This document shows positions 12,201 to 24,782 of a DNA stretch of 64,000 nucleotides, one piece after another. The stretch is from positions 54,622,001 through 54,686,000 of the forward strand of contig OZ296648.1 in NCBI GenBank assembly GCA_965655095.1. Reading direction: 5' to 3'. Each line of letters starts with the position of its first letter. The stretch's first letter is position 1. This stretch comes from Haplodiscus bocki. Lineage: Eukaryota. Under the pieces are notes generated by a model that ran no database searches, was not told the origin of the DNA, and was given only the letters and a program-made list of their open reading frames with translations. The translations under genes and the position numbers were made by a program.

Positions 12201-15200
12201 GAAATTTTTTGATCTCACAGGACCGAAAAAACTTCGCCAGGGAACCATTCTGTGTTTCAGAAAATTTCTGGCAGGGAGAAATATTTTATGGATAAAAGGG
12301 GGGAGGGGGGGGGGCATCACGATTTTCCGTCGAAGTTTTTGTCCCACTGTACTGAAATGTTTCGTAGAGGAACCATTCTGATCTGTGTTTCAGAATGTGT
12401 CCGGTAGCGAAAAAGTTTATGAATAAAAAGGGGGGGAGTATCAAGATTTTCAGTCGATAATTTTTTGTCTCACAGTGCCGAAAAATTTCGTAGGGGAACC
12501 TTTTAGTCTTTCATTAATTTCGGGTGTCGAAAAATGTTAGGGATAAATCGTAAAAATTTTTGGCAGGGCAGTGACTCGAACCCCGAACCTACTGCTTGAG
12601 AACCTTGTTGTCCTACGCCTACCGCTGTTATTTATTTTTGAATAAAAAGAGTTGGCAGTTTTGGTCAGATAAAAAAAGAAAAAGAAATACAACCCTACCG
12701 AATGAAATTTCTTGTATATCACATATACTGCGAAAAATAACAATGGTCGAACTTCCTGAGAACATAGGAAATTTTCGCAACTGAGAAAAAATTACGAGTT
12801 TTTTTGGGTAACTTTTCGGTGCAAAAATAATGTCAGAGTTGATTTTCATTCTCAATTTTTGGAGATTTTGCAAGATGTCACGGGTTTTTAAATTGTTAAA
12901 AATTGAAACGTCAATTCTTTTCCAAAAAAATTGGCCCAGAAAACATCATGGGGATTGGATCGAGTTTTTGGGGTGTGTAAATGTAATTTTCTCGAAAGTT
13001 TGGCGAAAAAAAATATCGACAACTTTTGTTTCTTCGAGCAAATGTGCATCTTTTCGCTCCATCCTCTATTTGTTTTCACAAAGTCAGGGTAGCATTTTAA
13101 CGCAAAGCCGATGTACAAGCGTTGAAAGCCATTGTCTTTTCCAGAGGACTGTATATCTTCTTTTGGCAAATGGCAAAAAAAGGCCAGGAAGATGTAGTTT
13201 GTCTGCCAATGTTCATTTGATTCTGGGGTGACAGATTGCAGCAACGAATCAACTCCGCTTGCACTGAAGCTTTCAACGCGAGGAAAGCTTATCTTTAACG
13301 TGTCTTCTGTTGATTGCAAGCTTATCGGAAAGCACTTTTCACCTATGTCTTACCAATCTATTTTCTTTGTAGATAATGTGACCATGACACAAAAGTTAAG
13401 CACGACACCTATATCTCAACAGTCATGATACATAGCAGGATAGTCTTGCTGCTTCAGCTCGAACAAACTCTGAGCTACGTTCTGCAGTCTTCATGCTTCT
13501 TCCCGCCGAAACGTGAAAAGTCGGAAATTTTCACATATGAATTGGTAATTTTGCAGTTCTAACACCTGTGAGCAGTGCCTCAGAGCCATATAAACTGCAT
13601 GAATGAGGTCTAGTGACATTCTACTGCTTCCAAGAGATTATGGAAAGTTGCACAAACTTTTCTGACAGAGAAAAATTTCGGAAGTAAATGTTTTTTTTCT
13701 GAGATTATTTCCGGTTTAACTAAAAGCCGATGTTTTCCAAGTATCATCATCTCGTCAGAAGTCATTTCTGCTTTCTTCTGGGCCCTGATTCAAATCGTAA
13801 CAAGCTGCGTCTTGCGGTTATCCAAATATTGGTTTTGCTGTCCTTGAGAGAATGGCTATAAAATGTTATTCGCAAACGACAACTTTCATAGCACAACTTC
13901 AGCTTGAGTTCAAACGCTGGAGGAGCGAGCCTTCCTGAGAAGCTGCGCCTATCCTTATTATCATTCACCCCCCCCCCCCGCTTATGATCCATTTATGGAA
14001 GGAAAATTAGTATCTCAACATTCAGTTTTTTTCAATATGAAATTTGCTAACCGCACGATAAAACAAAAATCCACGCTGAAAATTCTCATTTCCTGATTCT
14101 TTTCCCAAGTTTCTTTTAACCGAAGTTTCCTTTTTCTAAAATTCTTTAGCCACAGAATTTGTCTAATATAGTGGTATTTCTCAAAAAATACTTTCTCTTG
14201 CCAGAACTTGCGTTTTGTGAACAATAAATCAAAAAATTTTGAGTTGAGATGCAATTTTGCACATTTTACAGGCATTTTTTCCTTCAAATTCCTGCTTTTT
14301 AACGTTTCTTCTCTAATTCGGAAGTCGAAAAATGTCCCGAAGTTGGCTGGGCATTTTGTTTACATCTTCAATGAGCATATTAGGCAGTTGTAACCCGCGC
14401 ATCAATGAGTACAGCCCGCCGTTCTTTAGTCACTACAAATAGTCCACAAATGAACTTCATATGCTAGCGTATGAAAATCAATGCAGAAGATTATGGATGC
14501 CCAGACACGAAATTCACTAGTAACATTCATTAACTATGAGAAAACGAACTGGACGACACTATCTTCTAGATTAGTCTGAAAACAGTTTCTTGCAAGAAAT
14601 AATCAAGTACTGTTTCGAAGAGTTCTTCAACGACAACTTGCTAACAATTCGACGTTCTTCTAACAAACCATCCGGATGTTGTATTCGAAACCAAAGTTGA
14701 TACACAATTGTCAAGTGCCTATTGTATTAAAATCATTTGCTCTGATCACCAACACTCAAACTTGGTACAAATCATTGCAGAACAATTTTCGAAAAATGAA
14801 TAAAACTGGCCCTCAAGAAGTTCACTTGGAGGAGAAATTCAGCCCTCAAGAGTTCAAAGCTGACTCGAAGAAAATCAACCAAAGGAGACAGGAATTTCTT
14901 TCCACCCTTCGCTACAGAAACCCCACTTTCCTCGTTAAAAAGTGGTACAGAAGAAATCGCAAATTACTTTTTCATCCCGAAAATGGCCGCACACGGAAAC
15001 TCAATGGACCATTGATCACTGGGCATACGTCATACTTCAAGAAAAAAAGAAAACAACACTTAAACGAAACACCAAGGCTTCGATTTCAAAACTTTAGCTG
15101 AAAATCAAAATTAATATACAAAGCTGAATGCATCATGTCAATTTTTTGCAAGTTGCAGAACGGTTCAAATATTGTGAGTTTGTCCAATTAAACTGAACGC

Positions 15201-16356
15201 GTGGTCACAAAATTGAGTTTGAAAGGATATGAGCAAAAACTCCGGAAAAGTCGACCAGTGCCAAAAAAGTAGCTACTTGTCGCCTATTTGTAGCACTGAA
15301 AAAGCCTCTGCACTGATTATTTTTGGAGTATTCTTCTAATATACTCTGTGAGAGACATCTTTCCGTATTTTACTAGTTGGGACTAGTAGCTAGAAAGCTG
15401 AAATGGACAACGAAAGCGCGACAACTCTGGTAAAATAGCGAAATTAGCTATCTAATACCTAATTTAAATACAGCCTTAAAAACATAATTTTTAAAGAAAA
15501 TTTTAAACGTTTGAGACGTTCCTCAAAATTTAACGTTTTGTATTCATATACTCCGGATCCATCGTGGCTAAAAAAGATGATTCCCCGAAAAAAATTACGA
15601 AACTTCGGAGAACTCATCTATTTTCGTACCCTAGAAAAACATATTATCGAAAAGTGTGCGTTTACATTAATCTAGTCTAAGTCTAAGAAGCGAAGAAATT
15701 GATTCGGCAGCGAAAATACGTTCAAAAATAGCAAATTAGTGATTTTTGTTTAATCTAGACTAATGAAAAAGGCAACATGTTAAAAAACACGTTCTTGTAC
15801 CGATTTAGACTGATTTCGTACGTTTGAGGCAATTTAAGCCTAGAAGCCGAAAGTTACCGCGCCGCATGCGGCAACTCAAAATGTGTCAGGAAGAAAAGTG
15901 AACATTAGGGGACTTAACTCGTAAGCTTCTTAAAGGTCTTTTGACTATGCAACGTACTTCAGGTTGAGTAATCAAATTGCAAGCATCTTCCTCCTTGATT
16001 AGATGATATATTCCAGCACATTCTGAATATCGCAGCAGCCATCTCACTTCAAACTCCAAAACAGGTTCAGCTTTTTGCTCACAATTGATCTGCAGCTTTA
16101 CCTAAACCATTTCGTTGATTCAAAATATTCATATAATTCTGAAGGCCTCAAAAGAGAATAACGCTAATCTATCAAAACGAGATGGAAAAGGTTTTACTTT
16201 GGTGTCGTTTGCAAGGACAGCATGTAAGAAAGCTTGTGTGTTTGCCGAAGACTTGAAGTCAATGGGTTGATCGGGCCATTTAGTCTGTTCTGGTAGACAA
16301 TGGATGATGGAAGAAGGCAAAATGACACTTAATAAGAGCAACAAGCACGACCGCAT
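3285..16356 (-). CDS. TMEM87: TMEM87A/B-like GOLD-domain seven-transmembrane (lung 7TM family) protein, 5' part; 3' exons not found, probably left of the window
   Basis: Phase-compatible GT-AG exons: 16356-16198 (signal peptide MRSCLLLLLSVILPSSIIHC then LPEQTKW), 16101-15958 (VRWLLRYSECAGIY), 3898-3562, 3489-~3285 (VEFVGPNGYLSALDYPMLGFSGVLCAVYG, the GPxGYLxxxDYP-TM1 motif of TMEM87). The last donor is approximate. Confidence 0.85.
5033..5854 (+). mobile_element. Non-autonomous hAT DNA transposon, copy 1
   Basis: TIRs cagggcttcctaa/ttaggaagccctg; perfect 8-bp TSD ccttcaac; internal relic PTSNVVERLFSGAKMMLSDHRMSMLPMNL (hAT C-terminal dimerisation motif). Confidence 0.93.
7533..8367 (+). mobile_element. 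Non-autonomous hAT DNA transposon, copy 2
   Basis: Same TIRs and body as 5033-5854, with a different 8-bp TSD, caagcaag. Confidence 0.93.
9250..10720. mobile_element. Unclassified element end with a promoter cassette and internal direct repeats
   Basis: Abrupt composition change; YY1/CRE/E-box/CCAAT/TATA cluster; T-rich aacttt tracts; ~258-bp duplication (9948/10208) containing 81-bp sub-units. No TSD or TIR partner found. Confidence 0.45.
9278..9575 (+). promoter_or_regulatory. Pol II promoter-like cassette, antisense to TMEM87
   Basis: ccgccattttg (YY1-like), two tgacgtca (CRE), gtcacgtgac (E-box palindrome), agccaatc (CCAAT) and gtatatatagc (TATA) within 300 bp. Confidence 0.5.
11100..11760. 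repeat. Degenerate tandem repeat, ~165-172 bp unit
   Basis: gattaa(t/c)tgtca at 11280, 11445 and 11617 with co-linear downstream motifs. Confidence 0.8.
11930..12545. repeat. Tandem repeat, ~110-125 bp unit, ~5 copies (related fragments at ~55215-55450)
   Basis: Recurring gggg.tatcac...tttgtctcacag..ccgaaaaatttcgt.ggggaacc. Confidence 0.85.
12562..12628 (-). other. tRNA-derived (SINE-head-like) sequence adjoining the tandem array
   Basis: Minus strand has B-box-like GGTTCGAGTC in a T-arm-like context; no complete cloverleaf. Confidence 0.45.
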
Positions 16357-16676
16357 TACTGCATCTGAAAAACATCTATAGTGTTGATCCCGAAAAAATA
16401 TCATGTTGATCACGGCTCAAAATAGCTGTAGTCAATAGAATACAGTCAAAATATCAGACCTCAAAATAGCACAGTCAAAATAAAAAAAGGTCAAAGTCCC
16501 AAAAACCAAAATTTTAGAAACCTTTCTCATTTCCTTTTTTAAAAGGGGAAAAGATCTTCATCCACACACGATAAACTCAACGACATTACTAAAATTGCGA
16601 TTATTGTTTTCTATTCAGCAAACCAAAATATGAAAACAAACTTGAAAATCTGCTCTCTATCGGATTGCTCAAACTA

Positions 16677-17347
16677 CAGCCGTGTGATAAAAAAGGTTGA
16701 TTAAGCGTGAAAAATGAGCAGTTTTGGTGCTCGGTATTTCAAAAAATACAAAGAATATTCAGAATATGTAAAAGATTCTTACATTTTCATCTCGTTTACA
16801 TTAGTGTTTGTTTGACTATCCAACCATTATTAGTTTGAAGGTTAGAGTGCCATCTTTGAGGGTTTTCCATTGAGGGTTAGAAGAAACAGTTTCGAGAAAA
16901 ATCGTACAAAATCGACATCATTGGATCTAAAGAAGCCACTAGTATACTTCGATTCCAGAAAAATTTTATTATGAGAAATACCGCAGTTTCTCAGCGAAAA
17001 AACGGGGTTTTACATGCACTAAGGTAGGAAAATGGAGGGTTTCAACATTCAAACTGTGATATTTCTCAAAATTTCTGGTACCAGTGGCTTCATGAGAACC
17101 AAGGCGTCGACTGGGTACAATGTTAGTTAACCCAGTCATAAAATGGAATGAAAATCAAACAAAAACACCAAAAAGGCGTGTCTCTAACTTATAAAGTATT
17201 GGTCGCAGCCTTTTCATACAAACACTTGTGCCAACTAGATGAAACTTACTTTTAACAGTTACTCAAAATTCTCATAGTTTTGGACATATCGAGCACCAAA
17301 AATAGCAAGTTTTTCTACTCATTCAACTTATTTTTATCACACGACTG
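16677..17347. mobile_element. Fold-back MITE, probably Tc1/mariner-type
   Basis: Ends cagccgtgtgataaaaa / tttttatcacacgactg. Inverted similarity continues inward (ttttggtgctcg/cgagcaccaaaa; gaagccact/agtggcttc). TA is present on the left flank only. Confidence 0.75.
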
Positions 17348-18292
17348 GTTTGCTTTTGATTAAGTGGATAAAATGGTATGCGTAGGAAGCGAGGAAAATA
17401 GTTGTGAAAATCCAGAAAATGTGCTTTGAGGCATTTTGAAGCAATTTTACCCGAGCTGAAATTCGATCGCTAAATTTTCTCTGCATAGATAGTTTCTTCG
17501 AACGGCTTTCGATTGAGCATTAACTTAATATGAATAGAATTAAATAGAATATATAATATGAATATATTTGCTGCATGGTTTTAGTGCTGAATGGCCAAAA
17601 GTGCAGCAAAAAGGATAAGAATAATTTCGAATGGGTTCTCTCAACATTTAAAATCATGTCTCTGCAGATGTACTTGTTGCGTTTTTTCCAAAAAGATCCT
17701 CTCGAAAGCTGTTTTTATAAGCCAAATAGATGAAGATAAAATAGGCTACATTAATCGCATTTGAAATCCTATAGAGTGAAACTGCTAAGAAAAAATTTTA
17801 TTAGTTTTTCTTTGGAAACCACTTTCCATCCAAAAAATTCTTATGGCTCTGTTTGTCAAAATAATTTGATGTGTAGTCTATCAATCATTTCTGCGCCCTT
17901 CTGACCCAGTGCTGCTTCCCCTCTTGTTTACTTTGAATAAATCAAGTAACAACCAGAACAATTATTCGGGGCAGTTTATCCGACTAATGCGTTCCTAGTG
18001 TGCCAGTTCGAGCTTCCCCACCGCTCACCTCCTACCTATTCCCCCAATCACACCCCGGTGACCGCTGCGAACTTGACAGAAACCACTCAGCCCAAACATT
18101 AAGAGTAGAAATCTTCTACCTGCTTCAAACGATGGTTCCTGGGTAAGAGTCGCCAGTAGGCACCGTACAGTGCAGGCTGAGTCACACCTGTCTTACTTAC
18201 CTCCTACGATGACTATTTGTAAATTCCATTTGTTCAAGTGGGATGCTAGGTTAGAGCTATTTAGGCTTTTGGTGTACAAAATTCGATAATTT

Positions 18293-21200
18293 AGAAAGAA
18301 AGAAAGAATTTATTTCTCCCAATTTCAAACATACAATTTATTATATAATTGAAATATCGTAACATGAAATAATATAAATAAGATTAGGTCAGCAAAATCG
18401 ATCGATGGAGAGGATAGACTAAGGGCTCACTAGGAGCCCACTTGAGAGTCTACCCTGGCAATGCCTATGCTACTAAATGAACTAGTAAAAAATGACAAAA
18501 TACCATTTTGATTCATTTTTCAATTTTTTCCCTTCTTTTTATAATTCGATTTTCTTCGCTGGATGAAGTGTTTCTTGAGCCCATGCTACTAGATAAAATT
18601 TGGACAGAAAGGCCTTTAGCAATGACCAAAAAAGTCTATTTTCAAGAGTATGACTATCTTTAGTTGAGTGGTATATGCACAGCACCCAACTGCGATGATA
18701 ACCACAAGCCCCCAACCACCACGATGAACTGTGCCAGGAAGACATCTATTAGTTGCTTTTGGCCCCGGGCAGTCATCACAGCAATCAACAACAAGCACCA
18801 ACCATCAAAATAGTCACATTCTTACCTTTCAAAAACAAATTTTACGAGATCTAAGTTTGAAAGTATCTAAAGATGAACAAAATCCGTTACTTCGTGGTTT
18901 TTCATTGAGCCATAAATTTTTGGAAGCAAACCTTTCCGGCTCAAAAAATTCAAAACTTTACTGCCTCTGTGCTTGAATGGAAAAAGAATGGAACGTTGAT
19001 AGCTTGGATGGAATTGTAATAGTGAGCAATTTAGAACTTCTAGTACATTTTTGACCATGATTGAGCTCATAAAAAAATTAGAAAAGCAGTGGTTGAAAGA
19101 TTATTGACCGATTTGCATACAAATTTATGAGTTCATAGACATAGAGCTCATGCACTGTTAGAATTTTAATGTCCTCAAAAATTTTGGATACACTCTTGTG
19201 TTTGCTTTTAAAATAAATTAACCGAAGTATTTTTCTTTGCATTACTAGAATTGTTTCAAGTACAATTAAAGAAGTACATCCATAAACTAGCATGCCATAT
19301 TGAACAATTACTTTCACATTACAAAAATATTACTTCAACAAAATGCTTCGCGGGACGTAATGTCGCATTTTAGAAATCACGCCTGAATGCCTGGCAAGTT
19401 TGAATCTTATATACCTGACATGTTCACAAAACTTGAGATTTCTATCGGCCAAAACTCCTAAACACTTACAATAATCATTTGTATTTAATAAAGACTCATT
19501 TATTTCAAACTGCCGAGTTGAAGCACTCCTCCTTCTCTTAAAAATAACTAAACTCGACTTGTCAGCATTTATAGACAACTTATTGGAAAGGAACCAGTCC
19601 CATATACTGGAGACTTCGTTTTGAAAGCTTGTGGAAGACGAACAAACACTTGTAATGTTGGTATCGTCTGCAAACAGATGCACTTGCGAGAACTGAACAA
19701 CTTTAGCAATGTCATTGATGTAAACCAGGAACAGAAGTGATCCTAAAACAGAACCCTGCAGAACTCCTGTTGTTATATTTGCCCAACCGAACGCTTGACC
19801 ATTGACTTCTACAAACTGCATTCCATTTAAAAGATAACTTTCAAACCATGTGTTTGCGATTCCTCTAACCCCATGGGCCTCTAATTTGCCTAGCAAAATC
19901 GAGTGATCTAGAGTGTCAAATGCTTTTTTGAGATCGAGGAATACACTGATATTATGAGTCTCTTTGGAGCCCATACGAATAATTTTCGTTAATTCAGCCA
20001 GTGCATCTATAGTGCAATGTTTCTTAAGGAAACTGAATTGTTTAGCGTACAGCAGATTATAATTTTCCAAATAGTTATACAAACGTCGCTGCATCACCCG
20101 CTAATATATAGTGTTTTTTTACTAAAAGACACTAGAAGAGAAATAGGTCTGTAGTTATTCAGATCCTTGCGGCACCCAGATTTATAAAGTGGTATAACTT
20201 TAGCTTCTCTTTAACATGTCAGGATACACTCCAGATTCAAAAGAATTGTTAACAAACTCTGCAATGAAAGGAGCAATTGCCCTTGCACAACTTTTGAGTA
20301 CTACATTACTAATATTGTCTGGACCCGATGAATGTTTACTTTTGAGCTGTTGAATTACTTTTAGGCATTCGTTTTCGGTTCTGAACAAGTACGTTGATTG
20401 ATGTGCACGATGGTCTGTTTTCGGTGGTTTCTTCACAGGAAGAGACTAAGCTAATTTCGGTCCAACAAAAACAAAATGATGATTTAAAGCATTGGCCATC
20501 TCCGTGTAGTCATATACTTGAAACCCGTCTACTTCTAAGCTATTTATTTGCCTTGATTGACACCTCTTACCAGTAACTTCATTGAGTACTTGAAAAACTT
20601 GCCTCGAGTCTTCAATACAGTCCGCGAATTTCTTGTAATAGAAATTTTTCTTGGCGAATCTTATTGCTTTATCAACTTTTTGTCTTCGCATCAAGAAAGT
20701 TTTTTCCGCGCTATTTCCTTTAATGCAAAGTCGCTGCAGCTTGTTTCTTTTATTTATCAAACTCTTTATTGAACCAGCCAGCATCAGTTTTCGATCGAGA
20801 TAACTTTTTTCTAAGCAGTACTTGTTTATCGATAATCTCAGTAAACGCGTAATGAAACCTATTGTGAGCCAAATTTGCGTCACCTGAAGATTCCAAGCAT
20901 CGATAACATTTATTAAGTTCCGCTATCGGCTTGTTTTCCAACTCAATTGAATTTTGAGGACACTTCAAAAAGGAAAAAATCTCTGTATTCTCTTTCACTG
21001 CTCTCAACGTTTTCTAATATGGAGAAATCTAGGAGTAACGGAAAATTATCGGTAAAACAGACATCAAGCGCTTTCACATTAACTTCATCTACATTTTTGA
21101 CAATAAAATGATCGATGCATGAACTTGTATCTGCCGAGACTCGTGTAGGTGCATTATTCGTTAACTGGAAACCATTACCAGCTAAAGTGCAGAGATTATC

Positions 21201-22870
21201 CTTTGCTAGCTTATTACTTTTTAAAATGTCAATATTTACATCACCTGTGATTATGATAGGATATTTCTATTTAGTCAATGATTCCAATTCTTTATCAAGG
21301 ATGCTGAGGAAGGCCATTTTATCTACTCGCGGTGGTACGTAAACATTCATTACCGAAAGGAACTGTTTGTCAATCTGTACTAATGCCACTGTAGTTTCAG
21401 TTCAACTAGTTTTCAATTCTGTAACAATAGTCGCAGCATGGCCGACCTGAATCATTGACCCCCTCACCTTCGATTGATTCGACTACTACTAATGACTCCA
21501 TTGTATCCTGGCAGTAGATACAGAAGATTGTTATGACTATTTGCCAACCAGGTTTCACAAAAACACAAGATGCGAGGCGGTGGAGACTCGAGGCAACGGA
21601 GAAGTGCTTCTACATCTGCATAATGCTTTTTCGATGACCGTACATTTAACGAAAGCACCTTGACTGATAATAAAAAAGGAATGGAGGGTTTCACAAATTC
21701 ATTTTTTTCTTTTTCTTTTGCCCTTCTTATATTTACGTTGTTTCTTGTTGCTGTACCCCATCGAAAACTCCAGTAAAACAATTCATGACGTTGGTCGAGT
21801 CCCGCCCTCGAATAGTCCTTCAATTTTGTAACTCTTTTCGTCTTGTTTCCACACAAAAAAGATTGCCGTCCCTTGTCCATACAGATTCTACCCTGTTGTC
21901 ACTTCTCATCAGTTCGACGAAATTCATTCTTGGTCTCGTAATGTCTTCGTAAACCTTGACTTCATTTAATTCACTCAAACTCGCTAGTTTCTTTTTGTTC
22001 TGTAGCAACTTTATTTTCGCAAATCTTCGGTAAAAACGCACTATGACTGGTTTAAGATGCATTCGCGAGGGTAACCGATGTGCTAGAGAAATATCGTCCG
22101 CGGAGAGTCCTGCATCTATGCTGTTGGATACATCTATAACCTTTCTGATGGTGTCATTCCCATTCTCTTTCATCGATACTCCTTCAGTGTTTGATTCACA
22201 TGGAAGTCCAAAGACTTTGACGTTGTCTCTACGATTATACTGTTCGAGAAGTTCTGTTTGCGACATTGAATGTAGGCGGGTTCTCTCTTCCATGAACTTG
22301 AGTTCCTGTTTCACTTCTTTTAATACATCCTCTTTCATGGCTTGCTTGAACAGTAACTACTCGAACAATAACTAGTTGAATGAACTCCTTCTTTAATGTC
22401 TCGATGACCCCAGGAAGCATTGTCTTAATTGATCGCTGAATTGTCTCTTCAGTTTTATTCATCATTAGTTCTTCTGTCTCACTAATAGGGCTGCTGAGTT
22501 CTAAGAAAGGTCTTTTTTGAACGTTTCCTTTTACCAGAGGGGTTTGCTCTTGGTATCGTAACGGAGGAATCTGCGATCATTGGTAACATTTTTGCATTCA
22601 TCATGGTAGGCCAAATCGAGTAATCTGTAGAAGCACCGTATTGTTTATTCCAAGATTCAATTAAATTCAGAAGTTTGTTGCGAACTCTTTGCTCCTGAGT
22701 TTTATTTTGAAGCAGACTCTGAATCTCCTGGTCGAATGCTCGAATTGATATTTGAAGAATGAATTGTTCGCCACAATTTTTCCCACAGTCTCCAGTAGTA
22801 TCAACGTCTAGACAACTTTCATTATCTGACTAGTTGAAAAGGACAGCGGCAGTACATCGGATTATTTAAT
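18293..22870 (-). mobile_element. Near full-length decayed non-LTR retrotransposon of the CR1/L2 group
   Basis: ORF1 ~22465-21820 (LEQYNRRDNVKVFGLP); AP endonuclease (LSLNVRS, LCFCETWL); RT (SSGPDNIS, FLDLKKAFDTLDH, GVLQGSVLG, LFADDT). Broken by stops and frameshifts. 3' AATAAA plus (TTTC)n tail at ~18293-18315. The 5' end is approximate. Confidence 0.92.
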
Positions 22871-23279
22871 AGATTACTTAGACACTGGCCCGTTACAGTG
22901 TGTGAGGTCAGTTGCAAACAAAGCGAGGCAGAAATGTCTGCTTAAATCAGTAATTCCAGCTGTTTGTAAAAAAAGTCAAGAATCGTAACTTTAACAATTT
23001 TCGTCTACCGGTTCCATATTAATCAACTTCGAGTTCGATGTTAATAACTTGTGCATTTTCATACCCGATCATTCCAATGACTTGTGTTATTGATGGAACT
23101 GAAAAGGTTCAACAACTTCTGATTCAGTCAATTTGTACAAGGATAGAATTTCATTAGGGGTCAAAAGATAAATGTCAATATTTACAGCAGCAAGTTGTGA
23201 AGTTAACTGGCAAAACATGTTTGTGAGTACAAAAATTATCACTCAGGTATGTGAACATGAGGAGCACCAACACGGCAAA

Positions 23280-24728
23280 TCATTTGGTAAACAGGTATGT
23301 GTCTTCAAACAATGGCCCTGTTCTTCCTTCTATGATGTGATCTACGGTAGCGTTCTTCATTTCTTTGAGGCCCATGCCCTCCAACTGCTCTTGGACATAC
23401 TGCTTGGGCACAACGTGGGGAGGAAACATACCCCAGTCATGTCTGACCAACGTGACTAAATACCTTCAAAACACATCGGTTTCCTGAGTTTTAACATCTA
23501 AAACTGAATTCGCTATAATTATCTCAGTTTGCATATTTTTGCCATACCAATGTCAATGAACTAAATTTGCTCGAACTAAAATTCGAACTGTCAGAACAAA
23601 AATTGGTCCAATAATTGAAGCCTACCCAAAAATCTACTTTAGTTTGCCTGCCTTGATTTTCAGGACTTTCAAAAAAGAAATGTTTTCATTTAACATTCAA
23701 GACACACATAGAGGCGAAGCGAGATACACTACACTTGCGAGATGAGGAACGGCATCGGCTAATTGCCCACCCACAATAACTGCTCAGTTGATTTTTGACT
23801 TTCTCTTTAAAGCAAATTTTACACAAAAACCGTTTCTATTTGTTAAAATGGGAAATACAGATGTTCAAAGCACTCCTACTTACCAGGATTCAAGTTAAGT
23901 ACTGGATGGTCGCAAAGCAATGACCGCTGAAACTTAATGACAACGGAAAAAAGTTCAGGAATATTCCACTTTCGAGATACAATAAATACCACCGAAGCAA
24001 ATATGACAGACAGTCAATGATACTTCGCAAATTACCATTTCGCTGGGTGTTAAAATGATCGCAAGCTGGTCGAAATCTGCCAGAGGAAAGCATTTTTAAA
24101 AACAATTTGAGACATTGCTCGTTAAAAATACGAACCAGGAAACGCTACTACATCAAAAATTCACCGAAACACGAGATTCTAAAGAGCACTGGATTGCTGC
24201 AAACCAACCGTTAGCTTTCGAGAAAAGAGACCTGAAGAAAGAGGTAGTTAAAAAAACTCTGAATTTGGGATTGTAAGTGCAAAAACTTAGCGGTAAAAAT
24301 ACAAAACAGGAAATCCCTGCTGCTTCGCAGAGATTCCATATTGCTGCTCCTCGAAAGAGCACTACATGGCTGCAATCTTACCGGTAGCCTTCAGTAAAAC
24401 AACAATGAAAAAAAGGAAAAAAGTTCGAAATTTCAACAAAAGTCAAGACATTTCGCAGTACATTATGACAGAAAACAACCCCGCTTCTCCCGATGTTCTC
24501 CATGACGCGTAATTAAGACAGTGAAATGCATGGCGGAAACCCGACCGCTACTCTTCGATATAACAACTCGAAAAAGTTACAAAAAAATGAAAAGCAACCA
24601 AAAGTCAAAATACAAGTACTCCGCGGTAAACGTATGTATAATTATTTGAAGTCAAGTTTTTGAATACCTTCATTTCCGGGCGAGCATGAAAGTAATCGGA
24701 GAGCATTGGGTTCTCTTTGCGATGTTGC

Positions 24729-24782
<54 letters not shown>

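Noticed and set aside
23455-23470. In-frame TGA (selenocysteine or readthrough) upstream of the TPMT last exon
   Set aside because: The TGA is part of the intron acceptor (ttttgaag|G), not coding.
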